DNA of 64,000 nucleotides, from contig NC_086097.1 in the NCBI RefSeq assembly GCF_963921235.1, positions 8,246,001 through 8,310,000 of the forward strand. Direction: 5' to 3'. Of this stretch, positions 12,270-24,296 are shown one piece after another (position 1 is the first letter of the stretch; every line of letters starts with the position of its first letter). The translations under genes were made by a program, and so were the position numbers. The DNA comes from Mobula hypostoma. Taxonomy: Eukaryota. The notes under the pieces were generated by a model. That model was given only the letters and a program-made list of their open reading frames with translations. It searched no databases and had not been told where the DNA came from.

Positions 12270-12760
12270 CTGCTTTAATCATTGGACTGCAAGACTCTAC
12301 ACAGGACAATAAAAACCATTGAGTGGATCACCAGGATCTCCCTCCATCCTATTAGTAATATTTATGGGGAGCAATGTATGCAAAGGACTCGAAGCATTGT
12401 TGAGTATCCCTACCACTCATCCCACAATCTCCTTGACCCAGTACTGTTAGGAAGGTAAGGAACAGCAGGACTAGGACTATCAGACTGGATAACAGTTTCA
12501 TCCCTCAGGCTGTGGGACTAACGAATACCCTGTTGCAACAAGGTCTCATCACTAGGACTGCGAGCTGTTTACTGTTTACTTGTGTTGTGCACTACATGAA
12601 TTGTGAACTATATTTTATTAACTTGGCTATAGTATAATACTTTGGTTTATGTGCTGTGTGTGAGTGCACTGTGGTCCAGTTCTACGTTGTTTTGTTTGGC
12701 TGTATATACAGTATGCACATTCAGATGACAATAAACAAACTTGAACGTGAACTTGAATTT
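12270..12760 (+). mobile_element. Old Rex1-like LINE 3' end with (CTTGAA)n tail; similar relics at ~36250-36840 (-), 52400-52815 (+), 62130-62510 (+), 63150-63550 (+)
   Basis: Decayed HP.H.LF..LPSG.R region followed by aatgacaataaac..cttgaacttgaa. Confidence 0.55.
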
Positions 12761-13626
12761 ATTACTACAATAGAACCTAGCAATGTCTGTAGCATTGAAA
12801 CAGCAAAGGCATGTATTCACAGTTTAATCAATGAGTGAATAATTAAAATTGATTAGAATGTCATGTGTTATACCTTTTTATCTCTTGAGATCCTTTTATT
12901 GGTATTGGAATTGGTTTTATTATTGTCACATGTACCAAGATACAGTGAAAAACTTATCTAACATATTATTCATAAAGATCAGATCATTACACTGTGCATT
13001 GAGGTAGAACAAGATAAAACAATAGCAGAATCCAGAACAAAGTGTAATAGCTATCGAGAAAATGCTGTGCAAGTAAACAATAAGTGCAAGACTATAACAA
13101 GGTGGATTGTGAGGTCAAGAATCTATGTTTATTTACTTATTTAACAATACTGTGTTGAGTAGGCCTTCAAGCTGTGTCAACCTGACAACCACATTTTTAA
13201 CCATATCATACGATAATTTATACTGACCAATTAATCTGCTCGGTACATGAGACTGTGGGAGGAATCCGAAGCACCTGGGGAAACCCATGAATTATACTGG
13301 GAGGTCATAAAATCTCCTTACAGAGGATGATGGAATTGAACCCAAAACACTGACACACCAAGCTGTAGTGGTGTCGCACTAATTGCCGCTCTACCATGAC
13401 ATCACAAGAAGTCCGTTCACGATTCTGATAACAGCACCCTTGAAGAAGCCGTCCTTGGAGTCTGGTGGTATGTGCTTTTGGGCTTTTGTATCTTTTGCCC
13501 AGTAGGAGAGGGGAGAAGAGACAGTGTCTGGTCTGTGTGGAGTATTTGTGATTATGTTGGCTGCTTTACTGATGCAGTGAGAACTATAGACAGAGTCCAC
13601 TGAGGGGAGGCTGGTTTCTATAACGC

Positions 13627-14071
13627 TGTTGCAACATGAACAAAGTCAGTGGAGAGACACTGAAGCTAGTGAGTATAGAAATGTGTTTTATTCAACAAAA
13701 AGAACAACAGGCTTCATATTGAGACAGTTGGAGGAAGAGGCCTCCCTACACAATATTACATGATATTTTTATATGTTAAAGATCAAGGGTAACAGCAGGA
13801 CAATTCTATAGTTACAATGTATTCACAATGCTTTCTTTGAATTTCATACAGTTTTCACGCACCTCCTCCTTCGCACTCACATTTCAGACACCCAAAATGA
13901 ATGTTCATCTCCACTGCCTCTATGCTATGTTCATGCAAATACAGATGTCTGAATTCTAATTGCTGGGAGCTGTGTTTTAAATTCAATGTACAGTCCACAT
14001 TGAAATCTGAAGATTGGTTGCTGCTGAAGTTAATATCTGCTCACACCCTAACTCCAGAACGCCCTCTAACA
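13627..14071 (-). mobile_element. Probable solo LTR (445 bp)
   Basis: TGTT...AACA termini; minus-strand AATAAAA near one end; host LINE sequence resumes on both sides; TSD decayed. Confidence 0.45.
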
Positions 14072-14151
14072 TTGTGTTGAGCTGTGTTGTTGGTAACTCT
14101 CTGCAGTTTATTGTAGTCATTGCTATATCAAGCTACTATGCATCTAGATGG

Positions 14152-14384
14152 CAAACACGAGGAATTCTGCAGATGCTGGAAACTCAAGCAACACATATCA
14201 AAGTTGCTGGTGAACGCAGCAGGCCAGGCAGCATCTATAGGAAGAGGTACAGTCGACGTTTCGGGCCGAGACCCTTCGTCAGGAGAGTCCTGACGAAGGG
14301 TCTTGGCCTGAAACGTCAACTGTACCTCTTCTTAGAGATGCTGCCTGGCCTGCTGCGTTCACCAGCAACTTTGATGTGTGTTGC
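14152..14384. mobile_element. Young fold-back mini-Penelope with two back-to-back hammerhead cores
   Basis: Near-perfect inverted arms around ..cgtcaggagagtcctgacg..; perfect 14-bp TSD atgcatctagatgg (14138-14151 / 14385-14398). Confidence 0.9.
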
Positions 14385-15586
14385 ATGCATCTAGATGGAA
14401 TGTTTTCTATAATACATTGATAAAAATTGGTTAAGAGTCGACGGGGACATGCTGAATTTCTTTAGCCTCCTGAGGAAGTAGAGGAGTTGGTGAGCCATCA
14501 ATGTGGTGATCTTCACTCCTAGGAAACTGACTCAATCTCACCACCTCTCATGTAGAGAGGAGCATGTGTACCACTCCCTGCCTGAAGCTAATGACCAGCT
14601 CTTTTGTTTTGGTGACATTGAGGAAAAGGTTGTTGCCATGACACCATGTCACTAGGCTCTCTACCTCCTTGTAGAACAGGGGGTTGAATACATAGACTTG
14701 AGGAGCACCATTGCTTAGCACTACAGTAGCGTAGTGGTTGGCGCAGTGCTATTACAGTCCAGGGTGTCAGAGTTTGGAGTTCAGTTCAGGTGTCCTCTGT
14801 AAGAAGTCCCTGTTTGTCCTCCCCATGGAACACGTCAGTTTCACCCTGGTGTTCTGATTTTCTCCCACAGTCCAAAACCATACCAGGTAGGTTAATTGGT
14901 GATTGTAAATTGTCCCAAAATTAGGTTAGGATTAATCAGTGTTGTTGGGGTTGCTGGGACGACATGGCTTGAAGGGTCAGAAGGGCCTACTCTGCACTGT
15001 ATCGTTAAATAAATAAATAAATAAATAAATATGGCAGAGGTGTCGCTGCCTATTCTTACCAATCATGGTCTGATGGTCATGAAGTCAAGGATCCAGTTAC
15101 AGTAAGAGGCATTAATTCCCAGGTTCTGGAGTTAGATGATGAGTTTCTTTGAAATGATAGTCTTGAAGACAGAAATAAAGTCAATACTCAACAGTCTGAC
15201 GTTGTTGTCTTTATTGTCCAGATGCTCCTAAGATGAGGTCACTGAGATTGCATCCGTCAATGGTAGGCAGGCTGCATGGGGCATGAGGATGTGTGGAAGG
15301 CTGGAACTGAAGTACACCATGGCCACCCTCCCGAAGCACTTCATGACGTACCATGTTGGTAATCATCAAGGCACATTAGTTTGTTTATTTCCATAGATGT
15401 TGCTGAGTTCCTCTAGCATTTTGTGTGTGTTGCTCTGGACTTCCAGCATGTGCAGAACCTCTTGTGAATATCTTGTTTTTCTTGGGTACTGGGAGAATAG
15501 TCATCTTCTTAAAGCAGGAGGGAACCACAGTCTGAAGCAGGGAGAATTTGTCACTTTCTTCCACAATTCAGGTATCCACAGTACAA

Positions 15587-15884
15587 ACAAGAGAAAATTT
15601 GCAGTTGGTGAAAATCCAAGGAACACACTCAAAATGCTGGAGGAACTCAGCAGGACTGGCTGCATCTATGGAAAGGAGTATAGTTGATGTTTTCTGCCGA
15701 GGCCCCTCAGCAGGACTGGAGAAAAAAAGATAAGGAATGGAGTTAAAAGTCCCCCCACCTTTTAACTTTACTCCCCATCTTTTTTCTCCAGTTCTGTGGA
15801 AGGATCTCAGCCTGAAACAACGACTGTACTCTTTTCCATGGAGGCTGCCTGGCCTGCTGAGTTCCTCCAGCATTTTGTGTGTGT
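15587..15884. mobile_element. Fold-back mini-Penelope (older subfamily)
   Basis: Inverted pLTR arms; direct repeat tatccacagtacaa (15573-15586 / 15885-15898). Confidence 0.85.
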
Positions 15885-16000
15885 TATCCACAGTACAAGT
15901 ACACTGATGTAGTACTTAAATAAGTCTTCTGTCTGAACCTTTCTTTTCCCCAGAATACATCAGTTGTTTAAGTTTTTGATATCGTTAAAAAAACGTAGTA

Positions 16001-16042
16001 GTTGCTTGAATTTCCAACATCTGCAGAATTCCTCGTGTTTGT
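16001..16042 (+). mobile_element. Penelope 3' tail-only insertion (42 bp)
   Basis: gttgcttgaatttccaacatctgcagaattcctcgtgtttg flanked by gtagta direct repeats. Confidence 0.7.
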
Positions 16043-16178
16043 GTAGTATGTAGAATCTTCATATTGCATCCCCAATGAAGTGCAGTCAAGCTTCTACAGT
16101 GATTCTAAATTGTTATTCCTGTGATTCATTCCTTTTAATGGCCCCACTCTATTTTACACACTTTTGAATATAGCAATA

Positions 16179-16499
16179 TGAGGGGTGATTGATAAGTTCG
16201 TGACCTAAGGTAGACGGAGATAAGTTATTAAATTCAAACTTTCTGCATAATCACTCAAAGAGTTGACCTGCATGTGCATATAACGGGAACTGTATAACTC
16301 ATCTCCTTCTACCTTAGGCCACAAACCTATCGATCACCCATGCTGTAGACACTTTCTGGAGGACCAAGATCTGTATGCTCCACGACCACTGGACTAAGTA
16401 TGTCAATATAGGAGGGGGCTGTGTTGAAAAATAAATGTGCTAGGTTTTCTAAAATTGACTTCTTCTACCTTAGGCCACAAACTTATCAATCACCCCACA
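16179..16499. mobile_element. Mariner-derived MITE with three TIR copies
   Basis: TIR gggtgattgataagtt.gtg.cctaaggtaga at left, inverted copies at ~16305-16340 and ~16461-16499; residual transposase C-terminus WTK.VNIGG.CVEK*. Confidence 0.8.
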
Positions 16500-16599
16500 T
16501 TATCATTTTTGTTCATATTTGAAGTTTTAGTTTTCATTTCCATTCTTGTTGTTCATTTTCTGCTGTTACCAGTCAATTTGACATTTATTTGTTTGCTTA

Positions 16600-16815
16600 T
16601 TTTATTTAGAGATACAGCCCTTGCAGACCAGTGTGCCACACCACCCAGCAACCTACCTGCCACAGGACAATTTACAATGTTCAATTACATTCTTAGAACA
16701 TGGGAGGAGACTGAAGCACCTGGACGATGTACAAATTCCTTATAGAGGACATTGGAATTGAACTCAGAACTTCAATGCCCTGAGTTGTAATAACTGCGTG
16801 CTAACCACAATGCTA
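16600..16815 (-). mobile_element. V-SINE (degenerate); similar copy at ~46185-46472 (-)
   Basis: tacaaattcctta..ggaattgaactc..gctaacc pattern of the reverse-complemented V-SINE. Confidence 0.6.
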
Positions 16816-17139
16816 TTTTTTTTCATTTTCTTCAATTCCTTCTCAAATGCTTGTTTTCGTTATGCTGATCTCTTATGAGCAACCTTGCTAGCTTCTTTCC
16901 TGATACGAATTACATAATTCTTTCTCTTAGTTCATTCACTCTCATTATTCAGATGAATCCTGTCATTGGACAATAGTCCCCATCTTCACCAGACTTCCCT
17001 TGGAGAACAGAATCATCTTCTCTCAATGCAAGTTAGAATCTCTGAAATATCTGTCCCCTATTCCAGCATTTGGCTGGTGAACTAATCTGGTGGGGACCAC
17101 ACTTGCAGTCTTGGTTCTAAGCCTGGTTCTAATCGCTGA

Positions 17140-17450
17140 GGCTCCTACAAAAGGTCTTAAACTATTTTCTCTCTTATGTTGTTAACACTGATATGGATGT
17201 TCCCAAATCTGGCTATGAAGAAATGAGAATGGAGAAAGATTGAGCTTGGAGCTAGCAAGCCTATCCCATGAAAATCCAGTACTACAGAAACTCCAACAGA
17301 ATCTCCAAAGACCTCATCCCAGGAACAGGAAAGATCCACCAAGAAAATGGGCTACAGCTGGAGATAACGTGAAAGGCTGGCCCAGGATAGAGACCTTAGG
17401 TGAGCTGCTGTCAGTGGCCAATGCCCCAGTAGGGCGATGAGCTTAAATGA
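17140..17450 (+). mobile_element. RTE LINE 3' fragment
   Basis: LAQDRDL..AAVSG.CPSR-like C-terminus followed by a short tail. Confidence 0.5.
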
Positions 17451-17773
17451 AAATAGTAAGTCTCTTATCTTGTTGGCTGAAATCTGTCCCAGGATGACTG
17501 TTGTTCCCCCTTTTCTTAAATTTAAAGTTTTCCAGTCTTTCTGAAATACCTTACACTGATATCTGGATGGTGGAAAGGATCAAATAGTTTTACACAGATT
17601 GTAAATCTCAGTAAGAAACTAATAAATCACATTCCTAAGTGAATTGACAATTTTTTAAAATCTCTGTTGGCCAGTTTATTCTTTTGTGGTTTTTTCTCAC
17701 AATCTATTTGTTTATTGTCTCAGACTTCTCATCTCCCTAAAGAGAGAAAGCATATAAAAGCTGATAGGGAGTA

Positions 17774-17982
17774 GCACACACAAAGTTCTGAAGGAAATCA
17801 GCAAGTCAGGCAGCATCTATGCAATGGAGTAAAGAGTTGATGTTTCAGGCTGAGACCCTTCATCAGGACTCCTGACAAACGTCTCAGCCTGAAACATTGA
17901 CTGTTCATTAATTTTCATAGACGCTCCAGCATTTTGCATGTGTTGCTTTGGATTTCCATAATCCACAGAATCTCTTGTGCTT
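17774..17982. mobile_element. Fold-back mini-Penelope (old)
   Basis: gtttcaggctgagacccttcatcaggac|tcctgac..tctcagcctgaaac inverted arms. Confidence 0.7.
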
Positions 17983-20210
17983 AGAAGTAGATAGGCAGAG
18001 TCATTTTTTTTTTGGTGTTTTCACTCGAGCCTGCAATGATCTCATTCATCACACCCCACACTGCTTCCAAACAATCTGATTCACTGTTAGAAACTCACTC
18101 ATGTTAGACGCAGTGCTAAATTGAACTGAACTAAACCAAGCTGAACATTCCTAGACTGTTTCAATGACTCTTTGGTTTGATCTACTATTTTCTGTGTTGT
18201 TTACTCATTTTTTGCCATTTGCTAGATTTGTTCTTTTTTGCTCATTGGGTGTTTGATGTTTTCTTGGAACAGGTTCATTCCACGACATTTTTCTGTTTCA
18301 GGATTCTCTGTGGGGAAGACGAATCTCAGGGTTGTACACTGCATACATACTTTGATAATAAATGTACTTCAAATCTTTGATTTTCTCAATAGTAAACCCA
18401 TAATAGCAGAAACTAAAACAAGAGGAGCAGGGAAAAGCTACATCTCATCATTTAAGATGCCAGCAGCCCTGTGATCATGATAATAATGATTTAATTCTGC
18501 AGGATTTCTCAAAATACAAACAAATTTTTTGGCTTAAGTAATGAAATGGTAAAATAATCTTTGCATTTAAATGACTACATAAATCACTTGCCCTCTTTTG
18601 CTATATAATTGCAAACCTTAGGCCATATTAGAAATTACTAACACACGCCAAGCAATCTGTTATTCTGCAAAACTTCAGCTTGTAATTGTAAATTAGGAGA
18701 CTACAACTGAATTCAAAAATAACTTCAGATGCTCCGGATTTTAATTAATAATCTTCTTGTAAGATTATCTTTTATTGAGGTGATTCTGATCCAAAATAGA
18801 ATTAATTAAAGTATGAATGAGATTACTTTCTGCTTTATCAAAATTTAGTGACCCTGATATTGATAAATGCACAATTTATATTTGGAGTTCTGTTTTTGTT
18901 TTGGAGCATCAGCGAAGAAACCTATAAAGAGATCCAAGCTCTCAGTGCATAGCCTTTGCATAAACTATTCTCATTACAGTAAAGTAGGTTGTGGAAAGGT
19001 GATATGACAAAAGCCATAAAAAATATGAGTGCCGGTATGAAAATAGAAAGGCAAAATATTATGAAACACTTCTCTTGACCCCAGGGCATCTCAAAGCATC
19101 TTGGAGCCAATGAAGTGCTTCACTGAAGTTTCAGAATTTTGCTGTCACATGGTCTTCAAACAATACAGAGGAGATAAAGCCTATCTCCATAACAGCAGGT
19201 TCATTTTGTAGAATATGAGCCAGTGAGGAATTTATATTTACAATTGTTTCTTCCCAGGGGGCTTCTTAATGAAGCCAATAAGGCTGATTCTCAACTATCA
19301 GTGATTCAATAACATGCTCCTAAATGGTGATACTTACTGTACTTAGGTAAACTTCAAGCAAAAGATTATCTAAATTTGAAGGCATATTCACATTGCAGTT
19401 ATTTTCATAAATATGGATATACATTCAATCTACATACACAAGTTATTTTATGTATTTATAGTTATTGTTGTTTTTATTATTATTGCGTTCTTCAGCACCC
19501 CAGCCTTCCGCTCTCCTCTGACACAACCAACCCCTTTGCCCTTCTGTTCCCATTACTCATCTGCGCCGGGTCTTCACCATCCCCTTTGGCCTTTCCCTCT
19601 CTGAGGCAGAACGTTCTGTACTCAGCAAAGGCTGCAGCTTTTGCCATGACTCTTAGCTCTCCTTCCGCCGCCTCAGTTCTTCTTCTGCCCACTTCTCGGT
19701 AAGGACTCTCCAGTCTGTGCTGATGACCACTTTTCACCATCAAACCCGCAGATATAGAGGGTGCAGTAGTAAACTGGCAGAATAACCTCTACATTTCTAG
19801 GGCCAGGCAACAACAGTCAGATACCTCCTCTTTCTTATCCCTTGAACAGGACCCCACTAAAGCGCACCAGGCCATTATCTCCCACACCACTGGTCACATC
19901 ACTGACTTTACTAACTTTGGGGATATCCCATCCACTGCCATCAACTTTGTAGTTCCCTCACCCAGCATCTCCCGGTTCTACCTCCTACCCAAGATCCACA
20001 GATCTGCCTACCCAGGTTGACCAATTGCTCTGCGTGTTCCTGTCCCACTGAACTTATATCTGCGTACCTCAACTCAGTTTTAGCCCCCTTGGTTCAGTCT
20101 CTTCCTACCGACATCCATAACACTTCACATGCTCTAGAATTTTTAAATGATTTTCAGTTCCCTGGCTCTGATCATCTTATTTTCACTATGGATGTCCAGT
20201 ACCTATGAGT

Positions 20211-21880
20211 CCATAAGACATAGGAGCAGAATTAGGCCATTTGGCCCATCAAGTGTTCTCCACATTCATTTGTCGCTGATCCTTTTTTCCCCTCCTCAGC
20301 CCCACTCCCCAGTCTTCTCCCTGTAGCATTTGATGTTGTGTCCCATTAAGAACCTATCAAGCTCTGCCTTAGATATACCCAATGACCTGGCCTCCACAGC
20401 TGTCTGTAGTAACAAATTCCACAAATTCACCACTCTCTGGCTAAAGAAATTTTTCTGCATCTCCATTTTAAATGGACAGCTCTCTATCCCGAGGCTGTGC
20501 CGTATTGCCCTCAATTCCCCTGCCATGGAAAACATCCTTTCCACAACTACTCTGTCTAGGCCTTTCAACATTCCAAAGGTTTCAATGAGATTCCATCCCA
20601 CCCCCCCATACACATCGTTTCAAATCCCAATGAGTATAGACCCAGAGCCACCAAACTTTCCTTGTATGATAACCCTTTCATTACCGGAATCATCCTTGTG
20701 AACCTCCGCTGAACCTTCTTCAATGCCAGCACATCTTTTCTCAGATGAGGAGCCCAAAAACTTACACAATACTCAATGTGGAGCTTCATAGTGTCTTATA
20801 TAGCCTCAGCATCACATCCCTGCTCTTGTATTCAAGTCCTCTTGAAATGAATGCTAACATTGCATTTGCTTTCCTCACCACCAACTCAACCTGCAAGTTA
20901 ATCTTTAGGATATTCTGCACAAGGACTCCCAAGTTCCTTTGCATCTTAGATTTTTGGATTTTCTCCCTGTTTAGAAAATAGTTTGCACATTTATTTCTAC
21001 TGACAAAGTGCATGACAATGCATTTTCCAACATTGTATTTCATTTGCCACTTTCTTGTCCATTCTCCTAATCTATCCAAGTGTTTCTGCAGCCTACCTGT
21101 TTCCTCAAGACTACCAGCCCCTCCACCAATCTTCATATCATCTGCAAACTTGGCAACAACATCTATTCCCTCATTGAAATCATTAATTTACAACATAAAA
21201 AAGCAGTCCCAACACCAATCCCAGTAGAACACATTCGTCACTGGCAGCCAACCAGAAAAGGATCCATTTATTCCCACTTGCTGCCTCCTACCAATCAGCC
21301 AATACTCTAACAATCTTAGTATCTTTCCTGTAATACCATGGGCTCTTAACTTGGTAAGCAGCCTGATGTTTGGTACCTTGTCAAAGGCCTTCTAAAAATC
21401 CAAATATACAATATCTACGGCATCCCCCTTATCTAACCTACTTGTAGTCTCCTCAAAGAATTCCAACAGGTCCATTAGGCAAGATTTTCCCTTAAGGAAA
21501 CCATGCGAACTTTGTCCTATCTTGTCCTGTGTCACCAAGTATTCCATAACCTTATCCTTAACAATTGACTCCAACATCTTCCCAACCACTGATATTAGGC
21601 TAACTTGTCTATAAGTTTCTTTCTGCTGCATTCCTCCTTTCTTAAAGAGTGAAGTGACATTTGCAATTTTCCAGTCTTCTGGCACCATGCCAGAGTCCAA
21701 TAAATTTTGAAAGATTATTACTAACGCCTTAACTCAACCTAGAAGGATTCAACCTCTTCCAATCCTATGTCACAGCTTTCTATTGATACGATGCTATTCT
21801 TTATCAGCAGAAGGACTCCAACCCCTCTGCCTACCTTCCTATCCCCACAATATAATGTGTAACCTTGGAAATACAACCAC
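20211..21880 (-). mobile_element. CR1 LINE ORF2 3' portion inserted in the Penelope RT
   Basis: VPEDWKIANVTSLFKKG..SCL.DLLEFFEE..VDIVYLDF; WQMKYNVGKC; tail ccataagacataggagcag. Confidence 0.9.
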
Positions 21881-22699
21881 ACACCTCCATCTCCTACCAG
21901 GAAGCTTTGTTTTTCTTTCTGGACACCAGACCCAACCAATTCTTCTCCACCACCACTCTCCTCCATCTGGCAGAACTAGTCCTCATTTCTCAATAATTTC
22001 TCCTTCAGCTCCTTCCAACATAAGCTGTAGTCATAGGCTCTCGCTTGGGTTCGAGCTATATTTGCCTTTTTGTTGGCTACGTGGAGCAGCCTATGTTCCA
22101 AGCCTATACTGGAATCACTCCCCAACTTTTCCTATGCTACGTCGATGACTGCATTGGGAGCCCATGCAGAGATTATCAACTTCATCAACTTTGCCTCCAA
22201 CTTCCACTCCGGCCTCAAATTTACTTGGCCTATTTCTGACAACTCCCTCCCCATTCTCGATCTCTCTGCCTCAATCTCTAGAGACATCTTACCTACTGAT
22301 GTCATTTATAAACGGACTGACTCTGTCATGGTCCGGATCAGGGTCCCTTTAAATTTACCTTGTTTATGTTACGATCCGGACTGTTTATTCCCTGTTTTCC
22401 TGTGTCCCTCGACTTTGGTGATTAGAGGCAATTAACGCTCGGGTCGCGGGAGCGTCTGCAAAGTCACGGCGTGCCAATGTCATCTGGCCGGAGCAAGCCT
22501 TGTTTCCGCCCGAAGCGAGTGCCGGTAATTCACCTTTCCTCACCGGAGCAACCCTGTCCAGTTACCTCGCTGAAGCGAGCCTGCAAAGTTTCCTCATCAA
22601 GGTGGGTCCGTCAGTTAACCCGCTCGAGAGAATCAAGAGCCGCTGTCTACTGTTCCCGGGCCGAGTCGAGAGCTCGGCACTACCCGAAGGTTCCAAGCG

Positions 22700-23068
22700 C
22701 CATGTTCTGGCTCCGGCGGCATCCAAGTATCACGTCCACGTCCTGGCTCCGGCGGCATCCAAGTACCATGCCAAATCCTGGCCCTGGCGGCGTTCTAGTA
22801 CCATGCCAAATCCTGGCCCTGGCGGCGTTCTAGTGCCATGTCAAGTCCTGGCCCTGGCGGCGTTCTAGTGCCATGCCAAATCCTGGCTCCGGCGGTGTCC
22901 AAGTACCATGCCAAGTCCTGGCCCTGGCGGCGTTCTAGTACCATGCCAAGTCTTGGCCCTGGCGGCGTTCAGGTACCATGTCAAGTCCTGGCCCTGGCGG
23001 CATTCAGATACCATGTCAAGTCCTGGCCCTGGCGGCTTCCCAGTTCTGAGTCAAGTCCTGGCCCTGGC
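22700..23068 (+). repeat. ~35-bp GC-rich minisatellite, about 10 copies
   Basis: Unit ctagtaccatgccaaatcctggccctggcggcgtt. Confidence 0.9.
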
Positions 23069-23214
23069 AGTCTGTGATTCCTGTCCTATCCCCTTGTCTG
23101 AATCCCTTCTCTGCCCCTCTCACCCCTAGCCCTCATCTGCAGCCCTCGCCTGCACCTCGGTCTAGTTCTATTGCCGGAGCTAGACAGGTACTGTCTGGTG
23201 TTCATTCGTGTTGG

Positions 23215-23415
23215 TCATCTTGTCTTGTCCTCGCCTCCGTGGAGTAAGTCAGGCCATCTTGCCGTTGCCCCGCGGGGAGTCATGTCTTGTCTTGTCCTGT
23301 CCTCGCCTCCGTGGGGTAAGTCAGGCCGTCTTGCCGTTGCCCCGTGGGGAGTCATGTCTTGTCTTGTCCTGTCCTCGCCTCCGTGGGGTAAGTCAGGCTG
23401 TCTTGCCGTTGTCCC
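23215..23415 (+). repeat. 72-bp tandem repeat, about 2.7 copies
   Basis: Unit gtcctcgcctccgtggggtaagtcaggccgtcttgccgttgcccc..; seen as a 24-aa repeat in ORF 23171-23674. Confidence 0.9.
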
Positions 23416-24296
23416 GCTGAGTGTCATGAGTCCCAGCCCTATGTCCTGTACCCAAGGAGGGGTCCCGACTCTGTGTTTTGTGTATGTGTCCATGGTTCCA
23501 TGTACCTGCTCTCCCGAGACCGAGGCTCTGTGCTCCCATGTTCCTCCTCTCCCTAGCCCATGTCATGTCCAGGCCTGGTTCTGGGGTCCGAGCCCGAGGC
23601 AAGACCCAGGTACTGTGTCCTTGCCCAGTCTCGGGCTCGGAGTCCATACCCTAGCCTCTTCATGTCTCCTCTAGTTCTGGGAGCCAATTCCGAGTCCAAG
23701 CCCAGACCCTTGGTCCCAGCCTAGTCGTAGACCTGAGTCCCTGTCCAGTTTGCTATTTCCTGCTCCTGCCTTGCTCTCCTGGTATCGAACAATAAACTAA
23801 ATCTAAGTAACCTCACAAGATGGGTCTTGCATTTGGGTCCACCCTTGCTCCCAATGCCCTGCCATTGTGACAGACTCTCACAGTTGTCTGGACTATACTT
23901 CTTCCCACACTGTTACTTGTAAAAATGCAATTCCCTCTTCTCAATATCTCTGTGTCCACCGCATCTGCTCTCAGGATGAGGCTTTTAATTCCAGAAATAA
24001 GGAGATGTCCTTTTTCATCCCTTCCTCCACCATCAACACTGCCCTCAACCACATCTCTTTCATTACGCGCGTGTCTGCCCTCACCCTATCTTTCTGCCAC
24101 TGCACCAGGGATAGGGCTCTTGTTGTGCTCAACTACCACCCCACCAGCCTCTGCGTCCAGCACATAATTCTCTAATTCTCCAAAACTTCTGCCATGTTCA
24201 ACTGGATTCACCACCAAGCACATCTTTCTCTCCCCTGTACTTTCTGCTTTCAGGAGGATCGCTCCCTATGTAACTCCCTTGTCCCTCCCCAGGAGC

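Larger units (their letters stand above)
12900..15600 (-). mobile_element. Old Rex1-like LINE fragment hosting two V-SINEs (13135-13397 -, 14716-15030 +), a solo LTR and mini-Penelope inserts
   Basis: MDSVYSSHCISKAANII..PH.P (13391-13600); LFLNVTKTKELV-like sequence on the minus strand at ~14590-14640. Confidence 0.55.
22324..23872 (+). mobile_element. Long solo LTR (1549 bp) with internal minisatellites
   Basis: TGTCA...TGACA termini; perfect 5-bp TSD gactc (22319-22323 / 23873-23877); AATAAA at ~23791; host Penelope reading frame resumes. Confidence 0.85.

Noticed and set aside
14152..14384. Classification as a DNA-transposon MITE or pre-miRNA
   Set aside because: Arms are asymmetric, internal junctions differ between copies, the TSD is 14 bp, and the sequence is the pLTR attached to GIY-YIG ORFs
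22700..23415. CRISPR-like appearance of the ~35-bp repeats
   Set aside because: Units are head-to-tail with no unique spacers, lie inside a solo LTR in eukaryotic DNA, and there are no cas genes
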